DNA of 64,000 nt from Alphaproteobacteria bacterium (GTDB taxonomy: Bacteria; Pseudomonadota; Alphaproteobacteria; JAJTHO01; CANGXP01), in assembly GCA_947457935.1 (NCBI GenBank), contig CANGXP010000003.1, forward strand, positions 29,256 through 93,255, given 5' to 3'. Shown in pieces: positions 54,794 to 64,000 of this stretch. Numbering within the stretch: position 1 is the first letter of the stretch; every line of letters begins with the position of its first letter. The notes below the pieces were generated by a model. It ran no database searches. It was not told where the DNA came from and worked only from the letters and a program-made list of their open reading frames with translations. A program made the position numbers and the translations under genes.

Positions 54794-55954
54794 ATGACCC
54801 ATTCGATTCACTCAATCGCCCTTTACATGCCTAGTTTATTGGGAGGCGGGGCAGAGCGCGTGATGTTTAACCTTGCGCAAGAATTTGTGGCACGGGGTAT
54901 TAAGGTGACACTCGTGGTGGATAGATTGCCGAGTTCTTACGGTAAGAATCTTTCTAGCTATCAGTTCCCCATTGTGGAAGAGCAGGGGCAGCAACTCTTA
55001 GATTTAGGCGCATTGAAACTGCCATTTGTATTGTTAAATGCAAAAAAAACGATATTTGCCTTGCCGAAATTACTAAAATTTTTGCGTAAAAATCGCCCTG
55101 ATATACTTTTGGCTGCATTACCTTTTAACAATTTTAATGCGGCTTTAGCCACGTTATTTCCCGCCGCCAAACAAACACGTATTTTCTTAAGTGACCATGC
55201 AGCGATGCAAATGGACGGCAAAAGCAGGGTTTTAAAGATATTGCGACGGTGTTTGTATCCGTTGGCGCACGGCGTTATTGGCGTATCACGCGGGGTGACA
55301 GAGGGGATGCAGCGCATTGTGCCCCGCCTTAAAAATTGTGTCACCATTTATAATCCCATTTTATCTTTGGATTATTCCACGCTCTATGAAACACCTGTTG
55401 ATACAAGCTTTTTGACAGGCTTTCCCCGCCCATTTATTATGTCAGCAGGGCGGTTTAGTGCCCAAAAAGATTTTCAAACACTGTTAAAAGCGTTTGCCCT
55501 GTTCGCCGCAAACAATACAGGAACGCTGGTGTTATTTGGCGATGGTGAGTTGCGTGCAGAGCTAGAAGGATTGGCAAAAAAACTAGGTATTGCCGACAAA
55601 GTGGTGTTTGCAGGGTTTAAAAACCCCCTTTATCCGTTTTATAAACTTGCGGATGTCTTCGTGCTTGCGTCAAACTTTGAAGGGTTCGGGAATGTGTTGG
55701 TGGAAGCCATGGCAACGCAAACCCCTGTGGTGAGTAGTGATTGCCCGTCAGGCCCTTCTGAGATTCTGATAGGCGGAAAATATGGGGAGCTTGTGCCGAT
55801 TGGCGACGCACACGCTATGGCAAAGGGGATTATCAAAGCCCTCGCCACGCCGCCTACAAAACGTGTTGAATTACAAAAACGGGCAGAAGATTTTATGTGC
55901 GGGACGATTGCGGAAGAGTATTTGCGGTTTTTTGCGCAATCAACACCACGTTAA
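54794..55954 (+). CDS. GT4 family glycosyltransferase
   Basis: GGGAERV, GRFSAQKDF, EGFGNVLVEAMA, DCPSGPSEIL. Confidence 0.93.
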   Translation: MTHSIHSIALYMPSLLGGGAERVMFNLAQEFVARGIKVTLVVDRLPSSYGKNLSSYQFPIVEEQGQQLLDLGALKLPFVLLNAKKTIFALPKLLKFLRKNRPDILLAALPFNNFNAALATLFPAAKQTRIFLSDHAAMQMDGKSRVLKILRRCLYPLAHGVIGVSRGVTEGMQRIVPRLKNCVTIYNPILSLDYSTLYETPVDTSFLTGFPRPFIMSAGRFSAQKDFQTLLKAFALFAANNTGTLVLFGDGELRAELEGLAKKLGIADKVVFAGFKNPLYPFYKLADVFVLASNFEGFGNVLVEAMATQTPVVSSDCPSGPSEILIGGKYGELVPIGDAHAMAKGIIKALATPPTKRVELQKRAEDFMCGTIAEEYLRFFAQSTPR

Positions 55955-57420
55955 TTAGGGCGAACTTGCATCTTCTCGATTAAATTCGTGGTACTATAGC
56001 CCTGCTTCAAATTTGCTAACACCACTTTGCCGCCATAGCTTTGCACAAATTTTGCGCCCACAACCGTCTCAATCGTATAATCTGCGCCTTTCACCAACAC
56101 ATCAGGGCGGATTTTATTGATAAGCTGTTCAGGCGTGTCTTCCCCGAATAGAATAACACCATCCACAACCTCTAACGCGGCAAGCACCATGGCGCGATCG
56201 CGTTCGCCATTCATGGGGCGCGTCTCGCCTTTGAGGCGTTTTACGGAAGCATCTGTGTTCACGCCGACAACAAGCCTGTCACATGCCGCTTTTGCTTGTG
56301 CTAGAAGGCTGATGTGCCCTGTGTGCAGCACGTCAAAACAACCATTCGTAAAGCCAATACGTAAGCCTGCTGCACGCCATTCTTCCAACTGTTCGGCAAG
56401 CAACCGCCATTCTTTGACTTTTAATTCTTGATGGATGCCGCTTTGCTTAGCGCGTAATGCTTGCTTTATTTCTTCAAGGTTTGCTGTTGCCGTACCTGGT
56501 TTGCGTACCACGATGCCTGCTGCAACATTCGCAAGTTGCATCGCTTCCAACATGCTGGCTTTTGCGCCTAATGCTGCGGCGAGCATTGCAACAACGGTGT
56601 CTCCCGCTCCTGATACATCGAATACTTTTACGGCTTCTGTGGGGATATGAAACACCTCACCGCTTTTCAGCACGAGTGACATCCCTTTGGCACTGCGCGT
56701 TGCAACAATCCCTGCAAGGTCATAGCGTGTGAGGAGGGCACGACACGCTGTTACAACCTCTGCATCGGTTTCTGTGGGCAGACCACTTGCAAGTTCAAGC
56801 TCTTGACGGTTTGGGGTTACATAACTTGCGCCGCTATATTTGCTATAATCCTTGCCCTTCGGGTCAACGATAACAGGACGATGTTTGCGTTTTGCAAGGT
56901 TGATGAGTTTTTGGCACACACTGTCTGAAAGTACGCCTTTGCCATAGTCAGATAATACCAGCACAGACGCTTTTTCTAGCAAATTTTCTGCTTTTTCTAA
57001 GAGCTGCTTTTCCATTGTGGAGGACAAAGGAGCAGTGCTTTCCTCATCGGTTCTCAAAAGCTGTTGAATACCCGCGATATGTCGTATTTTTACAGAGGTT
57101 GTGCGTGTGGCATCAGGCAGCAAATGCGCTTGTACATGGGCGCATTTCTCAATAACAGTGCTGCACTTTGTTGCAACGGAGTCGTCCCCCGTAACGCTTA
57201 ACAAAAAATTGGGCGCACCAAATGCTTCTAAATTCAAGGAAACATTGCCTGCGCCGCCAAGCATCTCTGTTTGACGGTCGATAGACAGCACAGGAATAGG
57301 GGCTTCTGGAGAAATGCGTGTTACCGTGCCGTAGACAAATTTATCAAGCATAATATCGCCCACACACAAAACGGGCGCATGTTGAAAGGCAGACAAGAAA
57401 TGTTCTAAAGGATGTGTCAT
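55951..57420 (-). CDS. hldE: Bifunctional heptose-7-phosphate kinase / heptose-1-phosphate adenylyltransferase
   Basis: RISPEAPIPV, DVSGAGDTV, FTNGCFDVLHTGH, KGADY. Confidence 0.96.
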   Translation of the reverse strand: MTHPLEHFLSAFQHAPVLCVGDIMLDKFVYGTVTRISPEAPIPVLSIDRQTEMLGGAGNVSLNLEAFGAPNFLLSVTGDDSVATKCSTVIEKCAHVQAHLLPDATRTTSVKIRHIAGIQQLLRTDEESTAPLSSTMEKQLLEKAENLLEKASVLVLSDYGKGVLSDSVCQKLINLAKRKHRPVIVDPKGKDYSKYSGASYVTPNRQELELASGLPTETDAEVVTACRALLTRYDLAGIVATRSAKGMSLVLKSGEVFHIPTEAVKVFDVSGAGDTVVAMLAAALGAKASMLEAMQLANVAAGIVVRKPGTATANLEEIKQALRAKQSGIHQELKVKEWRLLAEQLEEWRAAGLRIGFTNGCFDVLHTGHISLLAQAKAACDRLVVGVNTDASVKRLKGETRPMNGERDRAMVLAALEVVDGVILFGEDTPEQLINKIRPDVLVKGADYTIETVVGAKFVQSYGGKVVLANLKQGYSTTNLIEKMQVRPN

Positions 57421-57499
57421 ATCCCTATAGAATAAGGACAACAGCGATTTTTTCAATCAATGATTTTGTGGGATACGGTATTTTGTGTATAACAACGAA

Positions 57500-57643
57500 A
57501 GCCTGTTCAAGATCTCGCTAGACCGCTAGCGAAAACGGCTTAATGAGAGAAATGGCGCGCAGTTGACTTTTGGGTGAATGAGCACCGTATCGCATCATTA
57601 AGATGTTTGCAGCAAGGTATAGCAGAGATACTGAATATTTAGC
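57500..57643. repeat. Degenerate RPE-like palindromic element (~145 bp)
   Basis: Terminal arms GTTCAAGATCTC / GAGATACTGAAT with core GCGCAGTTGAC...GTGAATGAGCACCG, similar from recall to Rickettsia-type palindromic elements; single copy here. Confidence 0.5.
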
Positions 57644-57840
57644 AAAGTCCAAAGGGGGGAGGTTGGCTCCCCCCGCTTGGCATGAAAGGAAAACATTATA
57701 TTGGATCTTTTCTCTCACCATACGATTAAAAATTCGTAAGGGTGTGAATAAATAATCCTAGGGGTAGTGTTGTGTTCGCGCATAACGCTACCCTGTTTTC
57801 CTCTTTACCTTACAGAAATTTCCTTAATAAGTCAAGCATT

Positions 57841-59139
57841 ATGACCTCTCCTCTCCTCCAAACAAAACTCGATGCATTGCTTGCGCTGCACCCCAAAGTG
57901 ATTGATTTATCGCTCGGGCGCATTGAAGCATTGCTCGCTAAAATGGGCAATCCTGAACGGTATATCCCGCCTGTCATTCACGTTGCGGGCACGAACGGGA
58001 AAGGGTCAACCGTTGCCTTCCTCCGCGCCATGCTGGAGGCTGCGGGAAAAAAAGTGCATGTTTATACGTCGCCGCATTTGGTGCGTTTTAATGAGCGAAT
58101 TGTGTGCGGCGGGCTTGAGATTGACGATACACGGCTGATAAATGCCCTTGATACGGTTGAGCGCGTGAATGCGGGCGACGCCATTACCTATTTTGAAATT
58201 ACCACCGCTGCGGCATTCATGCTGTTTGCAGAAATTCCCGCTGATGTATTGCTGTTAGAAGTGGGGCTAGGCGGCAGATTGGATGCAACGAATGTTGCGT
58301 TGAAAAAACTGCTTGCGAGTGTCATCACCCCTATTTCCTTTGATCATCAGGATTATTTAGGCGACACGCTGCAACAAATTGCAACGGAAAAAGCGGGGAT
58401 AATCAAGCAGGGCGTGCCTGTTATTAGCGCGGCGCAAAAAGCGCCTGTTCGCACGGTATTAGCGGAAACAGCCATTGCCCACAATGCCCCGCTGGTGTGT
58501 GCAGGGTTGGATTATCGGTTTACACAAACAACAACGGGATTCACTTACCACGGCAGAGTTTGGGAAAATCTTATGCTGCCGCATCCCGCTTTGTATGGTG
58601 CGTATCAATATGCCAATGCGGCAACCGCCATTGCCGCGCTTGAGCAATTACCCGTTTTAGGCGTTACCGAGCAAGCCATTGCACAGGGCGTTGCGTCAGC
58701 ATCGTGGCCAGCACGGATGCAACGGCTTACCATAGAACAACAAGAGCTATGGCTCGATGGCAGCCACAATGAAGCAGGGGCAGAAAGTCTTGCTGCAACA
58801 CTTATGACATGGAAAGAGCAGGGGCTTCCGCCCGTAACGCTGATTCTCGGCATGTTGCAAACCAAAAGCGTTGAACGGTTTGTGGCGCATCTGAAGCCTT
58901 ATATTGGGCAGGTTTACACTGTGCCTATTCCCCGCACCCCCAAAGCTTATTCCCCAGAAGACTTGAGTATTCTGTTAAAAGAGCAGGGGATTGATGCATT
59001 GCCCACACAAAATATACAACAAGCCTTGCAAAATGCTAAAAACCACGGCATAGAGAACGCCAGCAATTCAAAACCCCCGATTGTTATCACGGGGTCGCTG
59101 TATTTAGCAGGGGTGGTATTAGCCGAAAACGCCCCGTAA
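57841..59139 (+). CDS. folC: Folylpolyglutamate synthase/dihydrofolate synthase
   Basis: HVAGTNGKGS, YTSPHL, EVGLGGRLDATN, WPARMQ, DGSHN, GSLYLAG. Confidence 0.97.
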   Translation: MTSPLLQTKLDALLALHPKVIDLSLGRIEALLAKMGNPERYIPPVIHVAGTNGKGSTVAFLRAMLEAAGKKVHVYTSPHLVRFNERIVCGGLEIDDTRLINALDTVERVNAGDAITYFEITTAAAFMLFAEIPADVLLLEVGLGGRLDATNVALKKLLASVITPISFDHQDYLGDTLQQIATEKAGIIKQGVPVISAAQKAPVRTVLAETAIAHNAPLVCAGLDYRFTQTTTGFTYHGRVWENLMLPHPALYGAYQYANAATAIAALEQLPVLGVTEQAIAQGVASASWPARMQRLTIEQQELWLDGSHNEAGAESLAATLMTWKEQGLPPVTLILGMLQTKSVERFVAHLKPYIGQVYTVPIPRTPKAYSPEDLSILLKEQGIDALPTQNIQQALQNAKNHGIENASNSKPPIVITGSLYLAGVVLAENAP

Positions 59140-59151
59140 TGTTTTTGAGTT

Positions 59152-59239
59152 GCCCTCGTGGCGGAATCGGTAGACGCAACAGACTTAAAATCTGTCGGGA
59201 TTTATTCCCGTACCCGTTCAAGTCGGGTCGAGGGCACCA
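59152..59239 (+). tRNA. tRNA-Leu(TAA)
   Basis: Acceptor stem GCCCTCG/CGAGGGC plus ACCA, anticodon arm ACAGA-CTTAAAA-TCTGT, long variable arm, TTCAAG T-loop. Confidence 0.96.
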
Positions 59240-59260
59240 TTCTTATAGTTGGTTGAAGAA

Positions 59261-59356
59261 TTAACAGGACAGAGGCGAGAACAAGTTGAGGTCGACGCGG
59301 TGTACACTTTCGTACATTAGGAGGCCGAAACGAAGTTCGCAGTCCTGTCCAGTTAA
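59261..59356. repeat. Palindromic RPE-like element downstream of tRNA-Leu
   Basis: TTAACAGGAC...GTCCTGTCCAGTTAA ends with an internal TGTAC-actttc-GTACA hairpin. Confidence 0.5.
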
Positions 59357-59428
59357 TTATGCAACTGACTATAAAATTATTACAAGACGTAGTGGCTTTC
59401 ACATAGAGTCTATTCTAGATTATCTGTC

Positions 59429-61276
59429 ATGCTCGCCACCCTCGGTTCATCGTTTCTATTTTTCGCCCTCACTGTCGCGCTTTTACAAGCCATAGGCGTG
59501 TTTTTCCCGAAGCATATTCCCCCGCATCACACGCGTCGTTTCGCACACGCCTGTTTTATAGGCACAGGAAGCGCGTTTTTTACTCTGATGTATGCGTATA
59601 TCGTCTCTGATTTTTCGCTGGAAAATGTGTTCCAGAATTCGCACACCAAAAAGCCGTTGCTCTATAAAATCAGTGGGGTGTGGGGCAATCATGAAGGATC
59701 CATGCTGTTGTGGATGGTGATTCTGGCAGGCTATGGCGCGTGGTATGCGCGGCGTCCGTTAAAAACAGCGCTGCAACATACCACAACCGCGCTGTTGGGC
59801 TGCATCAACACAGGGATTTTGCTGTACATCATCGGCGTTTCCACGCCGTTTATCACGCTGTTCCCGATACCAAAACAGGGGCAAGATTTAAATCCGCTCT
59901 TGCAAGACCCTGCACTCGCGCTGCATCCGCCGTTTTTATACCTTGGCTATATTGGCTTCGCCGTGCCTTACGCGTTGGCGTTGGCAGCACTTCTCAAACG
60001 CGCTGCACCAACAGAATGGACGGCCTCATTACTACGGTACACCTTAGTGGCGTGGAGCTTTCTCACCATCGGTATTGGACTCGGCAGTTTTTGGGCATAT
60101 TACGAGCTGGGCTGGGGTGGTTGGTGGTTTTGGGATCCTGTGGAAAATGCCTCGCTGTTGCCGTGGCTTGCAGGCTTAACGCTGATTCATGCAGCCATCA
60201 TCACCCACAAAAAACAGGCGTTGCAAAGCTGGACGTTACTGCTCGCGTTGCTCACGTTTAGCCTTAGTTTGGTGGGGACGTTTTTGGTGCGTTCGGGTTT
60301 GCTCACCTCGGTGCATAGCTTTGCGAGTGACCCCACACGCGGCTTATTCATGTTGGTGCTGATTGTGCTGACGATTGGTGCAGGATTGTTGGTTTACGCG
60401 CTCCGTGCGCCGAAACTGACACGAGGAAACCCTGTCGAACTTTACACTCCTGCTGGCGGCATGTTGTTAGGCAATGTGCTGCTGATTACGAGTTGTGGCA
60501 CGGTGTTGCTGGGCACGCTCTATCCGTTGTTATTAGAGGCAATGGGGAACAGCACTATTTCTGTCGGTGCACCGTATTTTGAGGCGACGTTTGTGCCGCT
60601 GATGCTCCCGTTATTGGGGCTGATGGCACTTGCGCCGTTGTTAGGCAGCGGACGCAAAAACTATCTTAAATTAGCCTTAGCAACTGTTGTGGGCGGCGGG
60701 GCATTGTGCCTATATTTTCAGCCTCCGAACGTAATGGCGGCGGCGGGTTTTATTCTCGCGGCAGCCGTCACCTTCACCGCGATTTTTTCCTATACCAAGC
60801 AACGCACTTTAAGTTTCAGCTTGGCGCATGGCGGTATGGCGCTTGCTATTATCGGCATGATTACCGCCAGCACCCTGCAACAAACCAAAACCTTTACGCT
60901 AGAGCAGGGGCAAAGCGCGGATTTTAATGGATATACCCTGACCCTCAACAGCATAGAAAGTGCGGTGATTGGCACCTATCAAACGGTGATTGCTAAGGTT
61001 GATGTGTATCAAGGAACACGCTTTCAAGCATCACTCGCGCCTGAAAAACGCTTTTACTTTGCACGGCAAATGATGACCAGCGAAATAGGGCTGCATGGCA
61101 AGGGCTTGAGCGACCTCTATTTAATTTTAGGCGAGAGCCAAAAAGAAGCAGATGGCACAATTAAATATTGGAATTTTCAGGCACTGTATAACCCGTTTAT
61201 TCGACTGATTTGGTTGGGATTGGTGCTCGCGGCTATTGGCGGGCTATTGGGCGTGAGAAAGCGGATTGAACAATAG
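59429..61276 (+). CDS. ccmF: Cytochrome c-type biogenesis heme lyase CcmF
   Basis: WGNHEGS, LNPLLQ, HPP, WAYYELGWGGWWFWDPVEN, SVHSF. Confidence 0.97.
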   Translation: MLATLGSSFLFFALTVALLQAIGVFFPKHIPPHHTRRFAHACFIGTGSAFFTLMYAYIVSDFSLENVFQNSHTKKPLLYKISGVWGNHEGSMLLWMVILAGYGAWYARRPLKTALQHTTTALLGCINTGILLYIIGVSTPFITLFPIPKQGQDLNPLLQDPALALHPPFLYLGYIGFAVPYALALAALLKRAAPTEWTASLLRYTLVAWSFLTIGIGLGSFWAYYELGWGGWWFWDPVENASLLPWLAGLTLIHAAIITHKKQALQSWTLLLALLTFSLSLVGTFLVRSGLLTSVHSFASDPTRGLFMLVLIVLTIGAGLLVYALRAPKLTRGNPVELYTPAGGMLLGNVLLITSCGTVLLGTLYPLLLEAMGNSTISVGAPYFEATFVPLMLPLLGLMALAPLLGSGRKNYLKLALATVVGGGALCLYFQPPNVMAAAGFILAAAVTFTAIFSYTKQRTLSFSLAHGGMALAIIGMITASTLQQTKTFTLEQGQSADFNGYTLTLNSIESAVIGTYQTVIAKVDVYQGTRFQASLAPEKRFYFARQMMTSEIGLHGKGLSDLYLILGESQKEADGTIKYWNFQALYNPFIRLIWLGLVLAAIGGLLGVRKRIEQ

Positions 61277-61367
61277 GGGAAGAGTTGCTATTAACTGATC
61301 ATCTAATAGTGACGCTTAATTTTGAGTGTTGTGGACACGACGTATTACTTACAAGGAATTGACAGAC

Positions 61368-62375
61368 ATGATCGAAGGTTTGCGATTATTAGATAGAGTT
61401 CTTGATAAGGAGTTCATTCAGCATCCTGCCCAACATACTACAGCTATTACGGCTACAGAGTTACGCAATACTGCGTGGCAGAAGGATGCAAGAATACCAA
61501 GTTGGGTTGATATATTTGGCGTTGGTTTAGATCAATTTTTTACACGCCCTGATGTTGCAAAAGGATGCTGGAAATCATTTTGCGATTACATCACTGCTGA
61601 TGGTGGAAATATATCAAATTATAAATTCATTGAGCCGTCCGCAGGTATGGGGGCGTTTTATGATCTACTACCAGATGATCGGCGTGTAGGTATTGATGTA
61701 GAACAATTTAGACCCTCTTATATTAAGAGCGATTTTTTATCATGGACACCCGAAAAAAATGGTTACAGTTATGCTTGTATTGGGAATCCGCCTTTCGGTT
61801 ATCGGGCGTGGCTAGCACTGATTTTTCTGAATCATGCTGCACAATTCTCTGATTATGTTGGTTTCATTTTACCTATGGGCTTTCAAAGCAGAGGAAAAAG
61901 TAATTTGATAGACAGAGTAAAAGGGCTTTATCTTGTTCATTCTTCGCATCTACCTCAGGACAGCTTTATCGGTATTGATGGAAAATCAGTAAAAGTAAAC
62001 GCGTTGTGGCAAATATGGGCACGCAATCCTAAAGGAAAAGAGCTAACAACTAAAACGTGCAATCAATATATAGATTTGTTCACAGTTGATATGCGCAAAG
62101 AGAGGTTGTGTGGTCAGAAGCGTTTACATGAGGCAGATTTTTTTTTACAGCGAACTTTTTATAATGATCCGCCAAGCCTTGTGACAAGTTTTGACCTAGT
62201 GAAATATTGTTGTGGATACGGAATAGTAATTAAGCGTGATAAGACAAGAGTTATTAATATTTTGAACAATACAGATTGGCGAAAATATAGCAATCTCGCG
62301 AGTCATAATTGCAGACACATTAGTATGTGTCATATAAGGCAAGCACTAACAGATGCGGGGTTTATCGATGTGTGA
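61368..62375 (+). CDS. Amino-DNA methyltransferase (gamma motif order)
   Basis: DQFFT, motif I IEPSAGMGAF preceding motif IV GNPPF; AT-rich. Confidence 0.85.
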   Translation: MIEGLRLLDRVLDKEFIQHPAQHTTAITATELRNTAWQKDARIPSWVDIFGVGLDQFFTRPDVAKGCWKSFCDYITADGGNISNYKFIEPSAGMGAFYDLLPDDRRVGIDVEQFRPSYIKSDFLSWTPEKNGYSYACIGNPPFGYRAWLALIFLNHAAQFSDYVGFILPMGFQSRGKSNLIDRVKGLYLVHSSHLPQDSFIGIDGKSVKVNALWQIWARNPKGKELTTKTCNQYIDLFTVDMRKERLCGQKRLHEADFFLQRTFYNDPPSLVTSFDLVKYCCGYGIVIKRDKTRVINILNNTDWRKYSNLASHNCRHISMCHIRQALTDAGFIDV

Positions 62376-62892
62376 TTCTATCAAATTATTTGCTGATGCA
62401 ATACAAGAGTTTCACAACCATTCTAAATGGGATAATGCTCCGCTAAGTGGTATAAAAACACTATCTAACACCTGTGTAGGCAGTGTTGGGCAGCTTTTTA
62501 TAGAAAAATTATGCAAAGAATTGTTGATGCCCTGTTTATTTCCTATTAACCAAAAAGGCACGCGATTGAACCAGAGTCCGTGGGATATAAAGATAGCTAA
62601 TATTGAATTTGAATTAAAAACGGCAACAGAAGATGTCAACGGCAATTTTCAATTTAACCATGTTCGCTACCATCGTCCATATCAGGCATTACTATGTTTG
62701 GGTGTGTCACCAGCTAATTTATATTTTGGTGTATGGTCGAAAGGTGACGTGGCAACAGGTAAAGCTGGTAGACTAGTAAGCATGGAAAAAGGTGCTAATG
62801 CTTCGTATAAACTTACAAAAACTCCCGCTCAGTTGCACGAAATAAATCAGTTCAAATTTTTGATTGATAAATTTACTGAAGAATTTAGGTGA
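62368..62892 (+). CDS. Putative PD-(D/E)XK restriction endonuclease
   Basis: PWDIKIANIEFELKTA catalytic pattern, FQFNHVR; overlaps the MTase stop. Confidence 0.7.
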   Translation: MCDSIKLFADAIQEFHNHSKWDNAPLSGIKTLSNTCVGSVGQLFIEKLCKELLMPCLFPINQKGTRLNQSPWDIKIANIEFELKTATEDVNGNFQFNHVRYHRPYQALLCLGVSPANLYFGVWSKGDVATGKAGRLVSMEKGANASYKLTKTPAQLHEINQFKFLIDKFTEEFR

Positions 62893-62960
62893 TGGAGTTT
62901 TAGAGCCAAGTATATTTAGTCTTCAGATTTAGCTTCATACTTAGAAAGTTAGGGATCTTT

Positions 62961-63710
62961 ATGTTTTCACTGAATAATAAAATTGCCCTTGTAACGGGCG
63001 CATCGGGCGGCATTGGGGCAGATATTGCGCGGCATTTTGCGGCAAACGGCGCAACCGTCATTCTTTCTGGCACGAATGTTGAAAAATTAAACAGCGTTTT
63101 AGCCTCGCTGCCAGCAGCAAAAATAGGCACGCACACCATTATTACCGCCAATCTCAGAGATCCTGAAGCCTTGGCAACGCTTGCTAAAGAGGCGGAAGAA
63201 TTGCACGGTCGCATTGATATTCTCGTGAATAATGCGGGGCTGACCAAAGATGGGTTGCTGATGCGGATGAAAGACGAGGATTGGTTGGATGTTCTGGAAG
63301 TCAACCTCACAGGCGCGTTCCGCCTGTCTCGCGCCGTTATCAAAGGCATGATGAAAAACCGCACAGGAAGAATCATCAACATTGCCTCTGTCGTTGGTGT
63401 GATGGGCAATGCAGGGCAAACGAACTACGTTGCCAGCAAAGCAGGGTTGATTGGCTTTAGCAAAGCACTTGCGCAAGAGGTGGCAAGTCGCGGCATCACG
63501 GTGAACACCATCGCTCCGGGATTTATCAGCACCCCCATGACAGAAAAACTCAATGACGCACAAAGAGACGCGATGCTTGCCCGCATTCCTCTTGGTGTTT
63601 TCGGCACAGGGGATGATATTGCCGTTGCTGCATTGTATCTTGCGTCAGACGGTGCAAAATATGTTACAGGGCAAACGCTCCATGTAAATGGCGGGATGGT
63701 GATGGTGTAA
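62961..63710 (+). CDS. fabG: 3-oxoacyl-ACP reductase
   Basis: TGASGGIG, NNAG, NYVASK (YxxxK), VTGQTLHVNGGM. Confidence 0.95.
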   Translation: MFSLNNKIALVTGASGGIGADIARHFAANGATVILSGTNVEKLNSVLASLPAAKIGTHTIITANLRDPEALATLAKEAEELHGRIDILVNNAGLTKDGLLMRMKDEDWLDVLEVNLTGAFRLSRAVIKGMMKNRTGRIINIASVVGVMGNAGQTNYVASKAGLIGFSKALAQEVASRGITVNTIAPGFISTPMTEKLNDAQRDAMLARIPLGVFGTGDDIAVAALYLASDGAKYVTGQTLHVNGGMVMV

Positions 63711-63812
63711 GGGGAAAAAATTTACCCCAGCCGCATGCAAGCAGAGGCTAAACTGGGGTGTACAATGTAACAGTACTTCAAAACGGTTGAAAATACGAGT
63801 GCGTATTTGAAA

Positions 63813-63845
63813 AAAGAAAGCCCTTGCAGGGCAAGGGCTTTCTTT
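63813..63845. terminator. Bidirectional terminator hairpin
   Basis: AAAGAAAGCCCTTGC-agg-GCAAGGGCTTTCTTT. Confidence 0.85.
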
Positions 63846-63866
63846 AGGAATCATAACCAGAAAAGG

Positions 63867-64000
63867 TTAAACGTCTTCTTTTTTTGCTGTTGCTTTTTTT
63901 ACTCCCTCAGCAACCCCTCCTGCGAAGGCTCCAACGAGATTTGCAGTCAACATAGTGTAGAATGTTGGAGTATCGATTTGAACCTTAAAACCGAAAATCG
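63867..64000 (-). CDS. 3' end of a hypothetical protein (partial)
   Basis: Open frame ...IFGFKVQIDTPTFYTMLTANLVGAFAGGVAEGVKKATAKKEDV* ending just before the terminator. Confidence 0.5.
   Translation of the reverse strand, partial: IFGFKVQIDTPTFYTMLTANLVGAFAGGVAEGVKKATAKKEDV

Noticed and set aside
59152..59239. tRNA-Leu as an island integration site
   Set aside because: No integrase, and no duplicated tRNA 3' end seen in the window.

Overview
Chromosomal window from a flagellated, prototroph-like alphaproteobacterium (ALA synthase hemA, CckA, COQ9, DUF3576, rsmB-rpe-heparinase-purH and leuS-lptE-holA synteny). A perfect parS site suggests it lies near the origin. Most of it is housekeeping: purH/purM, leuD/leuB, dnaN, groESL, dnaK, ligA, bamD, a sigma54-driven flgI-flgJ-flgN-flgK-flgL-fliW operon, leuS, hldE, folC, tRNA-Leu, ccmF and fabG. 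Small accessory inserts include a toxin-antitoxin pair within the leu genes, a PIN-like orphan, a GNAT-like orphan, an AAA+wHTH cassette bracketed by a 54-bp duplication of the holA 5' end, an RTX beta-helix protein and a putative type II R-M pair. Five things most deserve follow-up. (1) A 13-codon uORF ending CTT-TAG sits before the ornithine decarboxylase; its +1 frame runs into the enzyme and it has alternative anti-SD pairing, suggesting a polyamine-sensing frameshift or attenuator. (2) A ~128-bp-period array of phased IHF consensus sites plus a second motif follows holA. (3) A palindromic repeat is inserted in frame into the LeuS editing domain. (4) An (AT)8 tract fills a promoter spacer. 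(5) FliW occurs without a neighbouring csrA. All calls come from reading the sequence and recalled motifs; no searches were run.
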